Assembly: GCA_963667665.2 (NCBI GenBank)
Contig: OY763927.2
Span: 1,696,001-1,760,000 of the forward strand
Direction of reading: 5' to 3'
From: Nitrosopumilus sp.
GTDB taxonomy: Archaea; Thermoproteota; Nitrososphaeria; Nitrososphaerales; Nitrosopumilaceae
DNA length: 64,000 nucleotides
Made by a program: the position numbers and the translations under genes. This document shows, one piece after another, positions 60,462-64,000 of the stretch; the stretch's first letter is position 1; every line of letters starts with the position of its first letter. The notes beneath the pieces are model-generated. The model was not told the DNA's origin. It saw nothing but the letters and a program-made list of their open reading frames with translations, and ran no database searches.

Positions 60462-62636
60462 ATGAAAAAACAGTATCTTTTAGGATTTTTGCTTTTACTT
60501 ACCTCCACCATTGGTATGTTCTCAGGTGGTGTTTATGCCGCTGAACCAATTGATTCTGATGGTGATGGAGTACCCGATTCTCTTGATTTTTGTCCTCATC
60601 TTCTTGAAGATTATGATCCACAATATGGTAATGACATAGATGGTTGTCCTGCAGACTTTGTTCCATGGTATGATGCTGACTTTGATGGAATACAAGATCA
60701 TCTAGATAATTGTCCAACTGTAAGGGAAACCTACAATCTATTCCAAGATACTGATGGTTGTCCTGATTTATCACCTGTTGATGCAAAAGGTATTGCAGAT
60801 TCTGATGGTGATGGATATCCTGATTACATGGACTTGTGTCCAAATCAACCAGAAACATTCAATGGTGTTGATGACAAAGACGGTTGTCCTGATGATGTCT
60901 CTTCTTTAATGGATAGTGATCAAGATGGAATTTCTGATACAATGGATGCATGCCCACTAGAACCTGAAACTTACAACATGTTCCAAGATGAAGACGGTTG
61001 TCCTGATTCTGTTGATACAATAGATTCAACATATACTTTCCCAGATTCTGATGGTGATGGAATTGATGATAGATGGGATCAATGTATTGATGAACCTGAA
61101 AACTATAATGGTTATCTAGATTGGGATGGATGTTCAGATGTACCTGGTGCAACATCTGATTCTTTAATTGATTCTGATTATGATGACATTCCTGATATTG
61201 TTGATGCTTGTCCATTAGTTCGTGAAAATTATAACAATTTCCAAGATGAAGACGGCTGTCCTGATACTATATCTTATGATTCATTTACAGGTGATGCTGA
61301 CGGTGATGGAATTTTAAATCATTTTGATTCATGTCCTTATGCTAAAGAAACTTATAACAAATTCCAAGACGGTGACGGTTGCCCTGATTCTATATTTGAC
61401 AATAAATTAACTGCTGATACTGATGGTGATAATATTCCAGATATCCTAGATTCATGTCCAAATCAACCAGAGACATTTAATGGATTCCAAGACGCAGATG
61501 GCTGTCCAGACAGTCTTGATTCTATACTTGATTCTGACATGGATGGTGTTGTAGATACAATGGATGCATGTCCACTAGAACCTGAAACTTACAACTTTTT
61601 CAAAGACGGTGACGGTTGTCCAGATTCATCTGGCTCTATTGTTTCATCTTACATCTTTCCTGATGTTGACAGTGATGGTATAGATGATAGGTGGGATGCA
61701 TGTATTGATGAACCTGAAAACTATAATGATTATCTAGATAACGATGGTTGTCCTGATGTTCCAGGTATATCAAAATCTGCATTACCTGATTCTGATTATG
61801 ATGGAATTCCAGATCATTTAGACCAATGTCCAACATTAGCTGAAAGATACAACGGATTCCAAGACGATGACGGTTGTCCAGATTCCTTATCTTACGATTC
61901 CTTTGTAGATGCTGACTTTGATGGAGTTACTGATAATGTTGATGAATGTCCTTATGCTAAAGAAACTTACAATAGATTCCAAGATGAAGACGGTTGTCCA
62001 GATTCTGTAGCCGATAACAAACTAATTGCTGATACTGATGGTGATAATATTCCAGATATCCTAGATTTATGTCCAAATCAACCAGAAACATTCAACGGTG
62101 TTGATGATAAAGACGGTTGCCCTGATAGATTTGTATTTACGCTTGATTCTGATATGGATGGCATTGTAGATATCTCTGATGCATGTCCACTAGAACCTGA
62201 AACTTACAACTTTTACCAAGATGAAGACGGTTGTCCAGATTCATCCACTTCTATTGTTTCATCTTACATCTTTGCAGATGTTGACGGTGATGGCATAGAT
62301 GATAGATGGGATGCATGTCTTGATGAGCAAGAGAATTTTAATGGATACTTGGATTGGGATGGCTGCCCAGATGTGCTTGCAGCAGTGTCTACATCACCCA
62401 TAAAACTTGATTCTGATGGTGATGGTTACTATGATGCAGTTGATTCTTGTCCAACAAGCCCAGAAACTTGGAACAAATACAATGATCACGACGGCTGCCC
62501 AGATACTGCTCCAGAACAACAGAGATTTGTACATGATGATGACCTAGATGGAATCATTAATGATGTAGATTTGTGTCCTCTTGATCCTGAAGATTATGAT
62601 GGAGATAGAGACGATGACGGCTGCCCTGATAACTAG
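60462..62636 (+). CDS. Secreted thrombospondin type 3-like repeat protein 3 (17 modules), paralog of protein 2
   Basis: ATG at 60462 (MKKQYLLG) with a TATA-like element at 60427-60436; N- and C-termini nearly identical to protein 2. Confidence 0.88.
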   Translation: MKKQYLLGFLLLLTSTIGMFSGGVYAAEPIDSDGDGVPDSLDFCPHLLEDYDPQYGNDIDGCPADFVPWYDADFDGIQDHLDNCPTVRETYNLFQDTDGCPDLSPVDAKGIADSDGDGYPDYMDLCPNQPETFNGVDDKDGCPDDVSSLMDSDQDGISDTMDACPLEPETYNMFQDEDGCPDSVDTIDSTYTFPDSDGDGIDDRWDQCIDEPENYNGYLDWDGCSDVPGATSDSLIDSDYDDIPDIVDACPLVRENYNNFQDEDGCPDTISYDSFTGDADGDGILNHFDSCPYAKETYNKFQDGDGCPDSIFDNKLTADTDGDNIPDILDSCPNQPETFNGFQDADGCPDSLDSILDSDMDGVVDTMDACPLEPETYNFFKDGDGCPDSSGSIVSSYIFPDVDSDGIDDRWDACIDEPENYNDYLDNDGCPDVPGISKSALPDSDYDGIPDHLDQCPTLAERYNGFQDDDGCPDSLSYDSFVDADFDGVTDNVDECPYAKETYNRFQDEDGCPDSVADNKLIADTDGDNIPDILDLCPNQPETFNGVDDKDGCPDRFVFTLDSDMDGIVDISDACPLEPETYNFYQDEDGCPDSSTSIVSSYIFADVDGDGIDDRWDACLDEQENFNGYLDWDGCPDVLAAVSTSPIKLDSDGDGYYDAVDSCPTSPETWNKYNDHDGCPDTAPEQQRFVHDDDLDGIINDVDLCPLDPEDYDGDRDDDGCPDN

Positions 62637-62697
62637 TACAATATTTTTTGCCTAAATTTTTGATATAGTAAATATATTCGGATTATAGCATTATCTT

Positions 62698-63660
62698 ATG
62701 CTTCCAAAATTCTCCAGTAGAGCATTTTTAGCTCCAATGGCTGGAGTCAGTGATCCTGCACTTCGTTTACAATGTAAACAAAAGGGAGCTGGTCTTGTTG
62801 TTACTGAATTTACCAACATTCATAGTATTATTGCCAAAGAAAAACAACTCAAAGAAAATACTAAAACAATACAAGAATTTATTGAATATTCTGAAAAAGA
62901 ACGCCCTCTTTCAGTTCAGTTATTTGGATCTGATCTTTTTGCATTAGAAAAAGCTGCAAAAATTGTAGAACCTTATTTTGATATTATTGACTATAACATG
63001 GGATGTCCTGCTCCACATATTACTCAACAAATGGCAGGTGGTGCTCTTTTACAAGAAGTTAATCTAACTCAACAAATATTCAGCACCCTAGTTAACGCTG
63101 TAAAAAAACCTGTAACATTAAAAATTCGTTCAGGTGTAACAAATGCTAGTAAATTTCTCTTTAGGGAAATTGCTGAAATTGCAGAAGATGAAGGAATTCA
63201 GATGATCACTTTTCATCCTAGAACTGTTAGTCAAGGTTATTCTGGTACTGCAGATTGGAAGATGATTAAAGAACTTAAAGAAATATCTGGCATTCCAATT
63301 GTTGGAAATGGTGACATTACAACTCCTGAAGATGCTAAAACTATGATTGAGGAGACTGGATGTGATTATGTGATGATCGGTCGTGGTGCAATGGGAAATC
63401 CATTTTTATTTGAACAGATAAACGATTATCTTAAAACAAACTCTTACAATGAATACTCTTTCAAAGACCGTCTGAATTCATTTTTTGATTATTTACATCT
63501 TACAAATCATTACAAAATCAAATTTGGTAATATCAAGAGTCAAGCAATCAGATTTACAAAAGGTATGCAGGGAGGTTCTAAATTACGTTCAAAAATTACT
63601 GTTTCAAAAAATATTGAAGAACTTGAGAAAATTATGAATAATGCATATACATCATCATAA
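62698..63660 (+). CDS. dus: tRNA-dihydrouridine synthase (DusB-like)
   Basis: LAPMAGVSD, QLFGS, NMGCP, TLKIR, HPRT, GNGDI, VMIGRGAMGNP. Confidence 0.94.
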   Translation: MLPKFSSRAFLAPMAGVSDPALRLQCKQKGAGLVVTEFTNIHSIIAKEKQLKENTKTIQEFIEYSEKERPLSVQLFGSDLFALEKAAKIVEPYFDIIDYNMGCPAPHITQQMAGGALLQEVNLTQQIFSTLVNAVKKPVTLKIRSGVTNASKFLFREIAEIAEDEGIQMITFHPRTVSQGYSGTADWKMIKELKEISGIPIVGNGDITTPEDAKTMIEETGCDYVMIGRGAMGNPFLFEQINDYLKTNSYNEYSFKDRLNSFFDYLHLTNHYKIKFGNIKSQAIRFTKGMQGGSKLRSKITVSKNIEELEKIMNNAYTSS

Positions 63661-63800
63661 AAATTTGTTAAATTATTGCATAATACTTTACATTCGTTTA
63701 TGATTTAATCAAAATTGATATTGAATTTTAAAGCAAATTAGACTATTCTTATATATTTCAAGATGAGATTTTATGTATGAAAATAGGAGCAGAATCATAA

Positions 63801-64000
63801 TTGGCAACAGCGTATGTTCTCATAAACTGTGAGCTAGGTTCTGAAGAGGCAGTAATATCAGAACTAAAATCAATTGAAGGAGTTGTTGAAGTACATGGTA
63901 CATTTGGTGCATATGATATATTGGCTAAAGTAGAATCTGGTCAAGTAGAGGCACTACGTGAGACTATTACTTGGAAGATTAGAAAAATTCCAAAAATCAG
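63801..64000 (+). CDS. Stand-alone Lrp/AsnC ligand-binding (RAM) domain protein, cut by the window edge
   Basis: TTG at 63801: MATAYVLINCELGSEEAVISELKSIEGVVEVHGTFGAYDILAKVES...IRKI; AGGAG upstream; not in the ORF track. Confidence 0.85.
   Translation, partial: MATAYVLINCELGSEEAVISELKSIEGVVEVHGTFGAYDILAKVESGQVEALRETITWKIRKIPKI

Noticed and set aside
56542-61836. His/Gln-rich antisense and alternate-frame ORFs in the TSP3 genes
   Set aside because: Shadows of repeated GAT/GGT codons (CAT/CAC on the reverse strand).
54598-62636. Diversity-generating retroelement or CRISPR array as the source of the repeats
   Set aside because: No reverse transcriptase or cas gene in the window. The repeats are in-frame coding modules without unique spacers, and differences come in blocks, not at adenines specifically.

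Overview
AT-rich, densely packed core-chromosome segment of a marine ammonia-oxidising archaeon (Nitrosopumilus-like Nitrososphaerota), judged from its gene repertoire. It holds ribosomal proteins S27e/L44e, a thermosome subunit, guaA/guaB, mptE/folP, pheA, csl4, dph2, tiaS, hmgA, the his operon (no hisE), thrC with a fused ThiS/MoaD-ThiF gene, the major S-layer gene (split by a +1 frameshift), a Rieske/cytochrome b/cupredoxin complex III, two tRNAs (initiator Met, Arg-UCU) and a tRNA-modification cluster (tgtA, kae1, bud32, taw1, dus). No rRNA, CRISPR, integrase or transposase was seen. The most notable items are: (i) three tandem secreted proteins made only of Asp/Cys-rich thrombospondin type 3-like modules, with higher-order super-repeats, a recent 4 x 615 bp expansion and mosaic exchange between copies; (ii) a gene directly after the S-layer gene with SlaB-like stalk/anchor architecture, followed by a membrane-anchored subtilase; (iii) a 335-bp tandem duplication of a complete small-protein transcription unit; (iv) a ubiquitin-like carrier fused to its E1 and coupled to a PLP enzyme; (v) palindromic operator candidates upstream of the S-layer, ferredoxin and thrC genes. 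All calls come from motif recognition by eye; no database search was run.
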